26,238 nucleotides of DNA from a virus (IMGVR_UViG_3300033076_001240:1-26238), one strand, 5' to 3'; shown: positions 1 to 9,543, numbered from the stretch's first letter. Program-made: numbers and translations. Notes: a model not told the origin generated them from the letters alone.

Positions 1-1
1 A

Positions 2-223
2 ATCAACATGAAGTTTTCGTAATAATGAAGTTATTCGTTTACCTTTTGCATCACAAACCCAACAATGCCATTGTTGTGTTTCCAAATTTACTTGGAGTTT
101 CTTTTTGTGGTGATGACAGAATGGACAATGGTGGGCTTGTTCATCACCTTTTAGTGAAGAACCAGTTCCTAATGTTTCATCTAAAATACCAATTACAATA
201 ATTCTATCTCTTTGTGAGAGCAT
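2..223 (-). CDS. DNA primase, N-terminal zinc-binding domain (partial; runs off the window start)
   Basis: Not in the ORF track. My translation from ATG 223 is MLSQRDRIIVIGILDETLGTGSSLKGDEQAHHCPFCHHHKKKLQVNLETQQWHCWVCDAKGKRITSLLRKLHVD. The CPFC...WHCWVC..KG pattern is a DnaG/gp61-type primase zinc ribbon. Confidence 0.8.
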   Translation of the reverse strand, partial: MLSQRDRIIVIGILDETLGTGSSLKGDEQAHHCPFCHHHKKKLQVNLETQQWHCWVCDAKGKRITSLLRKLHVD

Positions 224-243
224 AATTTATACACTTTACGATG

Positions 244-275
244 TAAAGATACGAAATATTTTCCACAATTCCAAA
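244..275 (-). promoter_or_regulatory. Bacteroidota-type housekeeping promoter upstream of the primase
   Basis: Minus strand reads TTTG-GAATTGTGGAAAATATTTCG (20 nt)-TATCTTTA. This matches the Bacteroidota -33 TTTG / -7 TAnnTTTG consensus with one mismatch. Confidence 0.7.
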
Positions 276-334
276 TGTTTTTTGAAGAAAAGTTAATTAT
301 TTTTCACTAAAACATGAATTATGTAAAATATTTT

Positions 335-366
335 CTAATATACGAAATTATTCGGAGATTTCCAAA
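335..366 (-). promoter_or_regulatory. Second Bacteroidota-type promoter, overlapping the 3' end of the GIY-YIG-like gene
   Basis: Minus strand reads TTTG-GAAATCTCCGAATAATTTCG (20 nt)-TATATTAG. Spacing and the TTTCG-TAT junction are the same as in the 244-275 element. Confidence 0.6.
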
Positions 367-794
367 TCTTTTCTGAAAAACTTTCCTAAAAGATTATCAT
401 TTAATGCTTTTTCATCTGCAAGAACATTGTGTGCAAATTGTTCTTGTAATTCGTAATATGTGAGTGATTTAGTAGATGAGCAAAAACGTAAGATTCTTAA
501 TTCTAATTGGTCATTATCTGAATTCTTAAACCATTCTTGTACAGTTTTATTAGATGAACGATAATCTTTCCAATCCGATTCTTTGGTTATCATTTCATAT
601 CGTTTCATTCGTTTATCAGTCAAAAGTGCAATTTCTTTTTTACCGAAATTTCTTTTTCTAATTGATGCAACGTTTTTCTTTCCAATATAATATTGGCCAG
701 TTTTACCGTTTGTAATTTTGTAAATAAATCCAATAGTACCTTCTGGCATATCAGACAATTCTGTAATGTTGTTTCCGTTATATATCCAACTCAT
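348..794 (-). CDS. GIY-YIG-like (Seg-type) nuclease-family protein
   Basis: Motifs GFIYKITN...YYIGKK, ESDWKDYRSS, LTYYE and LNDNL. The start is moved to MSWIYNG (ATG 794) because the track start at 815 lies deeper inside the upstream gene. Confidence 0.65.
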   Translation of the reverse strand: MSWIYNGNNITELSDMPEGTIGFIYKITNGKTGQYYIGKKNVASIRKRNFGKKEIALLTDKRMKRYEMITKESDWKDYRSSNKTVQEWFKNSDNDQLELRILRFCSSTKSLTYYELQEQFAHNVLADEKALNDNLLGKFFRKDLEISE

Positions 795-1350
795 AGTTAA
801 AAAGTGTGAAATCATTTTTATATTTTTCTCTTACCCAATCTTTCATCCATTCCTCATTATAATATTGTTTATACAATTTATAAGTGTTTAAATTTGGATG
901 ACGTTCCCACATAGTATTTCGATTGATATGTGGTAATCTATATTGTTCAATTCCAATTTTATTAAAAATAATTTTTATATCATTTTCAAAATTTTCATAT
1001 TTTGCAACAAATGATATTTTCTTATTTTCAGTTTTACCATGATATAAAAAATATTCTTGTGAAAAGAATACATAATCCAACGGGTCTATTTTTTCTATAA
1101 AGTTTGCAAATGGTTGTATATTTCCTTCACGTTTTCTATGTTCGTACCAAGAAGCCAAACGAGTAAATGGATTTCTGACTGTTGAAAAAATAAAATAATC
1201 TTCAACATTTGTTAATTGATTAAGTGTACCATGTAATACAATTTCTTCTGTATCTGGTACACTTAATAATATTTGTGATAAAGAACTACCACCTGTTTTG
1301 GGTATGTGTATGTAAGCCCATTTATTTGGACGATTTATAAGTAACCCCAT
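778..1350 (-). CDS. Sulfotransferase family 2-like protein
   Basis: PAPS-binding motifs YIHIPKTGGSS and FSTVRNPFTRLASWY, plus YENFENDI, LPHIN and terminal DFTLFNY. Confidence 0.85.
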   Translation of the reverse strand: MGLLINRPNKWAYIHIPKTGGSSLSQILLSVPDTEEIVLHGTLNQLTNVEDYFIFSTVRNPFTRLASWYEHRKREGNIQPFANFIEKIDPLDYVFFSQEYFLYHGKTENKKISFVAKYENFENDIKIIFNKIGIEQYRLPHINRNTMWERHPNLNTYKLYKQYYNEEWMKDWVREKYKNDFTLFNYELDI

Positions 1351-1362
1351 TTATTAAATGGT

Positions 1363-1548
1363 TTATCGTTTTATTGAATCAGAGTATTTCTTTAAATTTA
1401 ATTTACCACCTCTTGATTTTTCCAATTGAGATTCGGATGGATTAATCTTTGCATGGTCATAATCATCTGCAGAAATAGGAGTTCTATCCTTTTTCAAAGG
1501 TAGTTTAGCAACATCTGATTTTTTATATAGTTCTTCGATAGATGTCAT
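1363..1548 (-). CDS. Hypothetical protein (61 aa)
   Basis: Fills the gap with tight spacing to both neighbours; no recognised motif. Confidence 0.65.
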   Translation of the reverse strand: MTSIEELYKKSDVAKLPLKKDRTPISADDYDHAKINPSESQLEKSRGGKLNLKKYSDSIKR

Positions 1549-1550
1549 AA

Positions 1551-1760
1551 TTATTGAGCGATTGGTTTATAAATTCTAATATTATCTAAATTAGTATATG
1601 TACCATTTTCTAAACCTGCTTTGAATTCTTCAACCAATCCTTCACCTGCTTGAAATACGTTAAATTCTGCAGTGTTTTCTATTAATTGAGTTAATTCTTC
1701 TTGTGAAATAGATGCTGTAATTACTTCACCTTTGTAATTTTGAATTTCGAAATTTGCCAT
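1551..1760 (-). CDS. Hypothetical protein (69 aa, acidic)
   Basis: AAGGAAAAAACA precedes the ATG; a late-type motif lies upstream at 1804-1811. Confidence 0.7.
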   Translation of the reverse strand: MANFEIQNYKGEVITASISQEELTQLIENTAEFNVFQAGEGLVEEFKAGLENGTYTNLDNIRIYKPIAQ

Positions 1761-1803
1761 TGTTTTTTCCTTTTTTTGATTAAATTGTGTGTATAACCTT
1801 TTA

Positions 1804-1811
1804 TATAAATA
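1804..1811 (-). promoter_or_regulatory. Candidate late promoter motif TATTTATA
   Basis: ATATTTATAT on the coding strand in the intergenic gap; the same motif recurs in other gaps. Confidence 0.55.
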
Positions 1812-1814
1812 TCA

Positions 1815-2900
1815 TTAAGTGTCAAAACGAATTAAAAAGTTGATATCGTAATCTGGTAGGTTTTTTATTGGATTTGGTAATTTTGCAATTGCAACCATAT
1901 CCCCATCATCATCAAAAATACCAATTGTTGTAATATATGGTGCCAAATAAGAACCAGTCGGGTCTATTGAAGATGACATAAAATAATCATCCCACGTACC
2001 AATCGATGAACCAATAGAACCAGAATATTGTTCTTTTCTACTAATATCTTCTATTTCTTTTATTTTTCTAAATCCACCTGGTGTAGAATTTGTAATAGGT
2101 GTTAATTCAGTATGATATTCATTACTTACCAAAACATCAACTGCCGATGGGTTTTGTGAATAATTAAATTCCCCTGCACGTGCAGTAATTAAAATTTCAG
2201 TTTCATATATAGTTTGGGTAGAACGATATTCTAATGAATATGATGATAAATCTACATTTTGGGAATTCAATACAATTACACCATCTGAATAGAATACATT
2301 ACCATATGCTAAAGCAGATAATGCAACTCCTTCAAAATCTAATTCGTTTTTGAACACAACTAAATTATTTTCAAAATCAAGAGAAACTAAATAACAAGTA
2401 TCAGTATCACCATTTAAAGTAAGAATTATTTCACCCGAATTTAAATTAATTGGAATGGATGTAGAAATATCAATTTGATATTGTATTGAATCTTGTTCAA
2501 TGATTAAAATGCCTTCTTGCAAATCCATTGAAACTAATGTATAAGTTGGGATTGGGTTTACAATTCTACCAAATCCATCATCAACAAATGTTGAATTTGA
2601 ATTATCAATAAGTTTTAATGAATGTGGTTTTAATCGTTCACCTAATTTTTTTCTATCGATATCAATTACACATATAGTATCAGCTAATTGTCTTTCAATT
2701 GAAATATTTGCAGGATTTTTTACACTACCAAATAAATTGATAACGTTACCATCACTTTGTGAATAGTATTTTGTTTTAATTGATTTATATAACGGGTCAG
2801 ATGATGTCACCGTTTGGTATGAACTATCATCACTATTCCAAAGTTTATAAACTTGGAATTTTCTTTTAGTTATATTTGATTTAGGTATTGTTTTTAACAT
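1815..2900 (-). CDS. Virion structural protein (baseplate/tail-collar-like), paralog of 2979..4193
   Basis: C-terminal PYITTIGIFDDDGDMVAIAKLPNPIK resembles the C-half of tail-collar fibre domains; EFNYSQNPS block is shared with the neighbour. Confidence 0.6.
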   Translation of the reverse strand: MLKTIPKSNITKRKFQVYKLWNSDDSSYQTVTSSDPLYKSIKTKYYSQSDGNVINLFGSVKNPANISIERQLADTICVIDIDRKKLGERLKPHSLKLIDNSNSTFVDDGFGRIVNPIPTYTLVSMDLQEGILIIEQDSIQYQIDISTSIPINLNSGEIILTLNGDTDTCYLVSLDFENNLVVFKNELDFEGVALSALAYGNVFYSDGVIVLNSQNVDLSSYSLEYRSTQTIYETEILITARAGEFNYSQNPSAVDVLVSNEYHTELTPITNSTPGGFRKIKEIEDISRKEQYSGSIGSSIGTWDDYFMSSSIDPTGSYLAPYITTIGIFDDDGDMVAIAKLPNPIKNLPDYDINFLIRFDT

Positions 2901-2917
2901 AATAAATTCCCACTCTA

Positions 2918-2925
2918 TATAAATA
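2918..2925 (-). promoter_or_regulatory. Candidate late promoter motif TATTTATA
   Basis: ATATTTATAT with its core 17 nt upstream of ATG 2900, just downstream of a terminator. Confidence 0.6.
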
Positions 2926-2930
2926 TATGG

Positions 2931-2958
2931 AAATAAAAAACCCCACCGAAGTGGGGTT
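2931..2958 (-). terminator. Rho-independent terminator with C(UUCG)G tetraloop
   Basis: Minus strand AACCCCAC-TTCG-GTGGGGTT followed by TTTTATTT. Confidence 0.9.
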
Positions 2959-2978
2959 ATTTTGAAATATTATTTAGT

Positions 2979-4193
2979 TTAGAAATCAAGTTTTACTTTG
3001 ATTAATACTTCTTTATCAAATGATTTTGGAATTGGTTGTGATGTTTTAGCAACTGCAATCATTTCATTTGCATCATTCATTAAACCAACGGTTGTAATAA
3101 ATGTTTTAGGGTCTCTTTCAAATGATGGATTTACGAATGTACCATCTGAACCGGTTATGAATGTTGGGTTATTTGAGAAGTTGAATTCTCTATTTGTTGC
3201 TCTTACAAAATAATGAGATGTAGATACATTTTCGGTTCTTCTTGCCTCAAAATCACCACCACCTTTAATTGCATTGTATAATAAGAAATGGTTTTTACCT
3301 TCGTAATCAGTTCCGTGATATAAATTTTTACCACCTATTGAACCACTATCTTTTGATGTACCAATTAAATTATGTACTGCAGTTGGATTAAGAATAATTA
3401 AACCTTGGTCAGGATAAAATAATCCTAAACCTTGTCCATTTGATGCAGTTAATGAATTTAATGTTGCTTCTGAATCATATCCTAAATTTAATGAACCACT
3501 ACCAACATTAAATACTCTGCCCGCTTTACCAACGGTATCAGAAAATTTCTTACCACTATCATCAATTAATGTATGTGTTCCTGTTGAACCGCTTAAAGTT
3601 AATTCCCAGTTTCCAGCATCCATTTTCTCTTTATATCTGGCACGTGATACATTGATAACATAGATTTCTGAAGAATCGTATATACCAGAAGCATCTGATG
3701 AAAAGAATGTAAATAATTCATCATCTTGTTCTAATAAAATTGAACGATATTGTGCATAAGTTGCTTTAGATGCTAATGTTGAATTGTTATCAACATCTAA
3801 ACTAACTGAACCGCTACCAAATTTATGACCATATGCAATTGCAAATTGAGTAGTTCCATCTACACTATCTGATACATTTACATAGTAGTTTGATGAACTT
3901 GCTGCTGCTTGAATAGATGATGTATAGAACGAATTTAATTGTCCTGCATCACCACTCCATAATCCGGTAGTTACTACTTCAACTTTACCAGTTACTTGGT
4001 CAAATTCACCAAATCTTTTATAAATACCAGTATTGATACTTCCACCTTGTGCACCTAATTTATCTCCACCGATTAAATATTGGTTGATAATTTGTGATAA
4101 TTGCTCAGATGTTAAATTCCCTGACTGCGAATTTAAATACGCAGCTAATTCTTGGGTTAAATTAACACCGGCTTGTCCTGTAATTTGTGCCAT
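2979..4193 (-). CDS. Virion structural protein (baseplate/tail-collar-like)
   Basis: Ser/Gly-rich. C-terminus EFNFSNNPTF...FITTVGLMNDANEMIAVAKTSQPIPK...IKVKLDF. GAGGA upstream of the ATG. Confidence 0.65.
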   Translation of the reverse strand: MAQITGQAGVNLTQELAAYLNSQSGNLTSEQLSQIINQYLIGGDKLGAQGGSINTGIYKRFGEFDQVTGKVEVVTTGLWSGDAGQLNSFYTSSIQAAASSSNYYVNVSDSVDGTTQFAIAYGHKFGSGSVSLDVDNNSTLASKATYAQYRSILLEQDDELFTFFSSDASGIYDSSEIYVINVSRARYKEKMDAGNWELTLSGSTGTHTLIDDSGKKFSDTVGKAGRVFNVGSGSLNLGYDSEATLNSLTASNGQGLGLFYPDQGLIILNPTAVHNLIGTSKDSGSIGGKNLYHGTDYEGKNHFLLYNAIKGGGDFEARRTENVSTSHYFVRATNREFNFSNNPTFITGSDGTFVNPSFERDPKTFITTVGLMNDANEMIAVAKTSQPIPKSFDKEVLIKVKLDF

Positions 4194-4215
4194 ATCTTTT
4201 TAATTCCTCGTTTTA

Positions 4216-4845
4216 TTATCTTGGTTGTACATAAGTTACTGTCACTGGTATTGATTGAGAACCACCAGTTTCGTTACCATATACTGTCAATGTTGTTTTA
4301 ATTGTTGTTGTAATGTTAGGATTAGGAATGAAAGTAAATTGTAATCCTCTTTCAACTGCTGCAGTTGTTGTGATTTCATCACCCAAGAAAACTGGGATTG
4401 TACCACTTCCTGCTGCTAAACCACTACCAACGATAGAACCTGCGTTTTTATTTGCAAGAACTAATGTGTATCCCGCTTGTGTATTACCACTTGGAGATGT
4501 AGTTGGTGATAGAGAAACCTGACCTGAATTTTGGTTTACACTAATTTGTGGAACACCAAATTCTACTTTAGGAATTTTAACAGTACCTTTTGGTAAAGTC
4601 ACCAATCTATATTTTAATACTTGAGTCTCATCCGGTGATGCTTCAGTTACCGGGATTGCTCTAATTGCAGCATCATAGTAAGCAGAACCAAGTGGATGTG
4701 CTGGTTCATATAAGGTGTAATCGATTTCATCATCACCTAATGCGAATTTTGTAATGTTTAAACCTTCACCTGTTGCTAACTTTTCTCTACCTTTCTTTGT
4801 AAGAATAGCATCAACGGTAATTTCGGTATTGTCTAAATAAGCCAT
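4216..4845 (-). CDS. Virion structural protein (baseplate/tail-collar N-terminal-like, with Ig-like C-terminus)
   Basis: AILTKKGREKLA...ITKFALGDDEID resembles the N-terminal part of tail-collar fibre domains; C-terminus is rich in beta-strand-type residues. Confidence 0.6.
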   Translation of the reverse strand: MAYLDNTEITVDAILTKKGREKLATGEGLNITKFALGDDEIDYTLYEPAHPLGSAYYDAAIRAIPVTEASPDETQVLKYRLVTLPKGTVKIPKVEFGVPQISVNQNSGQVSLSPTTSPSGNTQAGYTLVLANKNAGSIVGSGLAAGSGTIPVFLGDEITTTAAVERGLQFTFIPNPNITTTIKTTLTVYGNETGGSQSIPVTVTYVQPR

Positions 4846-4872
4846 AATTTGTTTCCTCTTTTACTTTCAATA

Positions 4873-4880
4873 TATAAATA
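4873..4880 (-). promoter_or_regulatory. Candidate late promoter motif TATTTATA
   Basis: ATATTTATAT upstream of ATG 4845, with an overlapping TACTTATA variant and an AGAGGA RBS-like sequence. Confidence 0.6.
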
Positions 4881-4911
4881 TAAGTATTTTTTAATTTTGT
4901 AATAATATTTG

Positions 4912-7900
4912 TTAATCTACTATCAATATCGGTTCTCCACTACCACGTCCGGTATCATTTACTTTCAATGTATTAGGATTAGTTGTAAATGTTACAACCG
5001 GCGAACCACCATCTAAAGTAGTTAATTGTGTTTGCTTTGAACCATTAAAGTATGAATTTTCCAATCCAGTGGTTAAGTCACCAACATTTCTATAATGTGA
5101 TGGAAAATATCCATCTAATGGAGTAACTTCAACAATATTACCACCCACCGTTGGATTTGTTGCATTCCAATCTAAAATGGTAACCTTTTGACGATATAAT
5201 GTTTGAGATACATATTCAGTTCCAACACGTGGGTCTAATGGATTAATGTTTTGTGGTACATCAACTTTATATTTTTCTTTTATTTGGAATACCTTTTTTC
5301 TAGTTTTAGTTAAATTACCAAATAAATCTAATTCAGTTATTTGCGAATGTGAACCACTTGCCCAAATTCCAAATCCTTTTGTTGTAATTGAATTCGGGTC
5401 CATTCCCACTTGTATGAATGAGTTAGAATCATATTCACCTTGTACCGAACCAGTAAATGTTGCATCAACAATTATTGAAATACCACCCATATCAGAACCA
5501 GAATTTATTGTCATAAATCCATATTGTGCAGATGTATCAGTTGTTTTAATTAACGATTCTAATCCAATATTTTCACCAATTAAATCTGAAACATTAGTAT
5601 CGGTAATAGTTCCTTCATATTGAGGATTTGTAACTTCCAATGAAACTTCTTGTGTAATTGATAATGTCGTTTCTATTCCAACATTTTCACCAATAATATT
5701 TCTATCTTCGTGTGTATCAATTGTAACCTCAAAATCATTCTTTTCTGCATTAGGTTTAGACCACTTAACTTTACTTCTTTCTAAAATATGTGGTTCAATT
5801 AATAAACCAGAAGAAACTTTTGCTCTCGCAGGAACTAATGATTCCAATGTATCAAATAATGATTTATCAATATAACGAACTAATTGAATATATTCGTTAA
5901 AATTTAAATCAAAACGTTGGAAATAATATTTTCTTAATGAATCTAATTCAGAATACCTATCATTATATTCATCTTCTGGATTTCCAATATAATCATCGAT
6001 ATTGAAATTACCCAATGATTTTAAGATATCCATGTTAATCTCTTTTATCGGAGAGAAGAATAATCCTAATCTATCGGTATCAATTGGTGCAGTATCATAT
6101 GATTTTTTAGTTGCACGAGATTTATAATCTAACGAAACCCCATTAAGTGATGATGGGGTGATTTCGTTTCCATCAAAATCATATTGAGTTTCAAAACGAA
6201 ATTTATTACCAACATTAAATCCACTTTGTGGAACATTTGCAGTTACACTTCTTTCATATGGAGTATAGTTATATGGATAATCACTTATAGAAGTAAATCC
6301 ACTTGCAATTGAAGATGTTTGATATCCTTGAACATATGCAACATTTTTAATATCAACATCAATACCACGATTTTTAGGATATTCAAAATCATTTCTGAAT
6401 ATTAAATCGGTAGTAGATGCAGATATATGATTACCATCAATTCCATCTGGTATTAAAGTATGATTTTCAATTCTCGATTCAGATAATGCACTTGTCCATA
6501 ATCTAAATTCATCAATAGAACCACTAAATGTTGGATACGTTCCACCAATTTTTAATTCCGAACCACTTTTCCATGAAGTTGTACCTTCAGTTAATTGTAA
6601 TTGTAGTGAACCGGAATTTCTAATTCTACCATTGAAACCTTCTTTAACATATAAATCAAATATTTCTTTACCATTTAAATTAGTTTTATTTAACGTAATA
6701 TGATAAAAATCATCGTAGAATATAGGTAAATCTTCAGTATAAGAACTTGTAACAACACCACTTCCACTAATTGAGAATTTAAGTTTACCCAAATAATTTG
6801 AACCACTTTGGATTTCTAATTTCCAACCATCAGTTTTTGCAACCACTTGGTTTTGTTTTTGAGTAGTATTAATTCTAAATTCTACTGAATTTGGATGGTC
6901 CCCATTGTAATCTTTCCAATCTACTATAATGTTAGATGAACCACTTAAATTTAATGCTGCAGTTCTATCATCAAATGTAAATTGAGTTGTACCATCTAAT
7001 GTTGGGTCTTGTGGTCCACCAAACTCCATAATTGTTAATAATGAAGCAGGAATACCATAACAAGCCATTGCAGCATGTAATGCTCGTTTTGTACCTTTAT
7101 GTTTGTTTAAATATGGTAAATTATTTAATAATCTTCTCCATATTTCAGTTTGTCTATCTTTACCTGACATGGATGAAACAGTCGTTCCATCTGAATGTTT
7201 ACCGAATGCATATTCCCATAAGAATTGAGATTTAACTCCCATATCTGCATCCCACCCAAGAGATTCCAACATATGATATATTAAATCATCCTTAATACCA
7301 ATTTCGTATTTATTTTCAAGTTTTTTAGATTGCTGTAAACCTTTAATATGTGTCCATAGAATATCAAAGTGTTGTCCAATCATATTGAAGAATAAAACAA
7401 ATTCTTGTCCTTCTTCATCATCTTGAATATGTTGTGGTAAGTTATTTACAAGATTTGATTTATTGTATTTATCATATTGTTGTGCAGAACTAATTATACT
7501 ACCATACCAATTATCTACTGAAATATCAGTTGATGCACTAACTTCATTTTGACCTGCACCTGGATATGATAATGATGAAGATTCGAAATATAAGAATTTT
7601 TCAAATGCATCAAAATCATTTTTAACTTTTGATATTTTAGATTTATAAGAATTTGCTTGATTTAATGCAGCAACTGAACCTGTCCATGCAGAACCTTCCG
7701 ATGCTGTAATAAATTGTTCGGTATAAAATTCAATTAATTCGACTTTGTATAAAAAATTATCAACTCTTTCTTTGGCAGATGAATATTTTATAAAGTTAGA
7801 CCACCAATAATCAGAATCCCCATCAACTAATAATCCGTCTACATCTATTTTTGATGTAGATATGAATTGAATATCCAAATTATCTAAAGAAAAACCAGAT

Positions 7901-9525
7901 GATGATACAAATGTATTTACTAAATCGGTTGATGTAGTAGACCCACTTGAAATCAAATCATCTAAAATTTGATATCCAATATCATCACCCATATCCAAAT
8001 CAAAATTTGGAGTTAGAGGAGTACAATTATTTGCAATCTCACCAACAATCGAAATTTGTTCAATCATCGGTATTGATTGAACTTTAGAAATCCAAACTGT
8101 TTGATTTTCTTGTATTGTAGTTGGTAATGGTTCGTATAATTTTAAAACTAATGATTTTGGATTATTAGTTTTCTTTTTGTATTTATTACCATTAGAATCA
8201 AACCCTTCTTCATATGTTGAAAACGTTTCAGTATCAACTCCCCATGTTGCAATTAATTTATTATCACCTTCACCAAAATGAATATAATGTGTTAATAAAT
8301 TGGATATCTCATCTTTAAAAACTGATGTGTTAAAATGTTGTTGGAATGCGGTTCTAATATCTGAAACTACTTTTCCTCTACGAAGTTTTAAATCACCTTT
8401 ATCAAATAATAAAGTAATTTCTTCTACTCTACCTTGTGTTGCAGAATCTCCTTCAATATTTGTTGGAACTAATAATAATTTAAATTCAATTTTATCAGTA
8501 TCTTCATTGAACGAGGTCTTTGATTTTTTTAAAACATCATTTACATTAAATGTTGTTTTTCCGGCAGACGGAAATCTTCCCAATACAAATTGAGAATCTA
8601 CTTTACTAACATAAACATCAATAAAATTAGTATTGATTGATGCCCAACTTATATCAAAGTTTACATCAAATCCAACAAAATCTTTTCCTTTGATTACCGA
8701 TGGATATGATATATTTGTAATATCTGGTCCTGGTAAATATGTTTTCTCAACTACGTTAATTGAAACAGTTTGCACACTACTACTACCACCTCTGTTAGAA
8801 ACTGATTGTAGATATAAAGTGTGTCCACCTAATCTATTTAATTCATTTCTAGATAACCCCAAAACACCATTTGATGGTAATTGTCTTTTAATACCACCCA
8901 ATGACATCTCAACATAATCAGAATTCGTAGATGAATATTGTATTCCCAAACCATTCGAATCGTTGATGTTCCAAGTAAATTGATTTCCACTAACTGAAAG
9001 AGTTGGTGCAGATGGTGCCGGGGCAACATTACTTTTTGTTGCTAATACATTTACATTTACACTTCCACCATTTAAATTTATTTGAACATCTTGATTTGTA
9101 TAATCATTTCCTAATGTAGAAACAACTGATTTATATTGTTCACCATTATTTTGTCTTTCAAATTTAATCCAAGAAGATGTTGTATTAATCGTTGTTTTAC
9201 CTGTGATTAATCCACTTTCATATTGAGTTATGTATTTTATTGCATTTCCAGCATAGACATCAGCATCGATTGAAACGACAGTACTATTTGTAGGAGTTGA
9301 TTTGTTTACTTCTAACGTAAAAGTTAATGTATGGTTAGGAGAATCACTATTTTGTATAATAGTTTGACCACCGGATTGTTGATTAACAATAATAGTTCTA
9401 TAAGAAGTGGTATCAACTGGAGCTGAACCACCGATTGAACCACCGGCACCGCCTCCACCACCGTTTTGAGACCAACCATCGCCGATTGCTCCTACTACTG
9501 CATTATTGTAATCCGAATTTTCCAA
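4912..9525 (-). CDS. Large baseplate wedge protein (T4 gp7 / P2 gpI-like core plus LamG/concanavalin-like domain)
   Basis: Core motifs NLVNNLPQHI and RRLLNNLPYLNKHKGTKRAL...CYGIP; LamG signature FYHITL...FSGSIDEFRLWTSALS. TTG start preceded by AGAGGA. Confidence 0.7.
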   Translation of the reverse strand: MENSDYNNAVVGAIGDGWSQNGGGGGAGGSIGGSAPVDTTSYRTIIVNQQSGGQTIIQNSDSPNHTLTFTLEVNKSTPTNSTVVSIDADVYAGNAIKYITQYESGLITGKTTINTTSSWIKFERQNNGEQYKSVVSTLGNDYTNQDVQINLNGGSVNVNVLATKSNVAPAPSAPTLSVSGNQFTWNINDSNGLGIQYSSTNSDYVEMSLGGIKRQLPSNGVLGLSRNELNRLGGHTLYLQSVSNRGGSSSVQTVSINVVEKTYLPGPDITNISYPSVIKGKDFVGFDVNFDISWASINTNFIDVYVSKVDSQFVLGRFPSAGKTTFNVNDVLKKSKTSFNEDTDKIEFKLLLVPTNIEGDSATQGRVEEITLLFDKGDLKLRRGKVVSDIRTAFQQHFNTSVFKDEISNLLTHYIHFGEGDNKLIATWGVDTETFSTYEEGFDSNGNKYKKKTNNPKSLVLKLYEPLPTTIQENQTVWISKVQSIPMIEQISIVGEIANNCTPLTPNFDLDMGDDIGYQILDDLISSGSTTSTDLVNTFVSSSGFSLDNLDIQFISTSKIDVDGLLVDGDSDYWWSNFIKYSSAKERVDNFLYKVELIEFYTEQFITASEGSAWTGSVAALNQANSYKSKISKVKNDFDAFEKFLYFESSSLSYPGAGQNEVSASTDISVDNWYGSIISSAQQYDKYNKSNLVNNLPQHIQDDEEGQEFVLFFNMIGQHFDILWTHIKGLQQSKKLENKYEIGIKDDLIYHMLESLGWDADMGVKSQFLWEYAFGKHSDGTTVSSMSGKDRQTEIWRRLLNNLPYLNKHKGTKRALHAAMACYGIPASLLTIMEFGGPQDPTLDGTTQFTFDDRTAALNLSGSSNIIVDWKDYNGDHPNSVEFRINTTQKQNQVVAKTDGWKLEIQSGSNYLGKLKFSISGSGVVTSSYTEDLPIFYDDFYHITLNKTNLNGKEIFDLYVKEGFNGRIRNSGSLQLQLTEGTTSWKSGSELKIGGTYPTFSGSIDEFRLWTSALSESRIENHTLIPDGIDGNHISASTTDLIFRNDFEYPKNRGIDVDIKNVAYVQGYQTSSIASGFTSISDYPYNYTPYERSVTANVPQSGFNVGNKFRFETQYDFDGNEITPSSLNGVSLDYKSRATKKSYDTAPIDTDRLGLFFSPIKEINMDILKSLGNFNIDDYIGNPEDEYNDRYSELDSLRKYYFQRFDLNFNEYIQLVRYIDKSLFDTLESLVPARAKVSSGLLIEPHILERSKVKWSKPNAEKNDFEVTIDTHEDRNIIGENVGIETTLSITQEVSLEVTNPQYEGTITDTNVSDLIGENIGLESLIKTTDTSAQYGFMTINSGSDMGGISIIVDATFTGSVQGEYDSNSFIQVGMDPNSITTKGFGIWASGSHSQITELDLFGNLTKTRKKVFQIKEKYKVDVPQNINPLDPRVGTEYVSQTLYRQKVTILDWNATNPTVGGNIVEVTPLDGYFPSHYRNVGDLTTGLENSYFNGSKQTQLTTLDGGSPVVTFTTNPNTLKVNDTGRGSGEPILIVD

Positions 9526-9543
9526 AGTTATGTTTCCTCTGTT

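Noticed and set aside
795-815. Track start at 815 for the GIY-YIG-like ORF
   Set aside because: It adds needless overlap with the sulfotransferase; MSWIY at 794 looks like the natural N-terminus.
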